A stretch of 64,000 nt of DNA from Octopus bimaculoides. Taxonomy: Eukaryota. Both the position numbers and the translations under genes were made by a program. How positions within the stretch are numbered: position 1 is the first letter of the stretch; the number at the start of each line of letters is the position of its first letter. Shown here piece by piece: positions 63,256 to 64,000 of the stretch. A model generated the notes under the pieces. It searched no databases. It was not told the origin of the DNA and saw only the letters and a list, made by a program, of their open reading frames with translations. The stretch lies in NCBI RefSeq assembly GCF_001194135.2, contig NC_068989.1, forward strand, positions 1,665,647-1,729,646, written 5' to 3'.

Positions 63256-63760
63256 ACATACATATGTGTGTGTGTGTGTGTGTGTGTATGTGTGTGTGCG
63301 TGTATATATACACGCTCATACACACACACACACACACACACACATACATACACACACACACAAAGTGAAAGAGAAAGAGGTGGGGTGAGAGAGAGAGAGA
63401 GAAAAAGAGAGACTCGACCCCAATTATATATCGTCCACAACGAACAACTAGTAAAAAAAAATGTGATAGTAATGAGATGAACTGAAGCAAAGCTGTTGAG
63501 TATATCGGATTAAAGGAACCCACCTAGATATGAGAACTGATTAGGATATAGGTTAATCCTAACTTCTTTTGTTGCAATACAGGAACAGATGAACGATTCT
63601 GGGGATTTTTCTGGTTAATAACGTTTTTAGAGAAATGATGAAAAAAAAAAACAAGAAAAGAAAAGGAACAGGATTTTGGGGATAACTGACGTCCATATAT
63701 TTTAATTGGTGACCGAATGGAACTTGCCAACTATTGATGGCTGTGAAATTATCATCAGCC

Positions 63761-63803
<43 letters not shown>

Positions 63804-63804
<1 letters not shown>

Positions 63805-64000
63805 AATATAGAAAGGATTGAGGTAACTCCTCCTGAAGATATAGAGTCAAAATTAAAAGAAGAGTGCCATTTGTTATCTGGTGAACGATATTTCGACATC
63901 TCGTGTGTCTTCAACTGGTTCAAAAAATAAATTTGTCAATCTACTTCATTTTGGTTAATATAGAAAGGATTGAGGTAACTCCTCCTGAAGATATAGAGTC
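63804..64000. repeat. Direct repeat with 152-bp period, truncated by window end
   Basis: 63804-63848 is identical to 63956-64000 (45 nt, TAATATAGAAAGGATTGAGGTAACTCCTCCTGAAGATATAGAGTC). Confidence 0.85.

Overview
AT-rich, repeat-dominated eukaryotic DNA from a gapped short-read assembly, with about 26 N-gaps totalling roughly 9 kb, most of them beside microsatellites. The very high microsatellite density and the SINE types suggest an octopus (coleoid cephalopod) genome; this is inference, not verified. I could not recognise any host protein-coding exon, RNA gene or CRISPR array. Nearly all ORFs in the supplied track are translations of microsatellites or run through gaps. The supportable content is a transposon graveyard. 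It holds three tRNA-headed SINE families (called A, B, C here), seven decayed fragments of R4/Dong-like LINEs (restriction-like endonuclease type), two CR1/L2-type 3' ends, one Tx1/L1-type 3' end and a probable RTE 3' end. It also holds mariner remnants and several MITEs with target-site duplications (hAT, pogo/Tigger-like, piggyBac-like). The most interesting patterns are modest. R4/Dong LINEs sit tail-to-tail against family C SINEs three times. There is a near-perfect 103-nt hairpin at 54.6 kb, a 210-bp foldback at 18.3 kb and an inverted SINE-head pair at 63 kb. Two SINE families share a small hairpin module, and there are weak + strand splice-signal clusters at 46-48 kb. I found no convincing evidence of a new multi-gene system. 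Repeat boundaries are approximate unless TIR/TSD positions are quoted.
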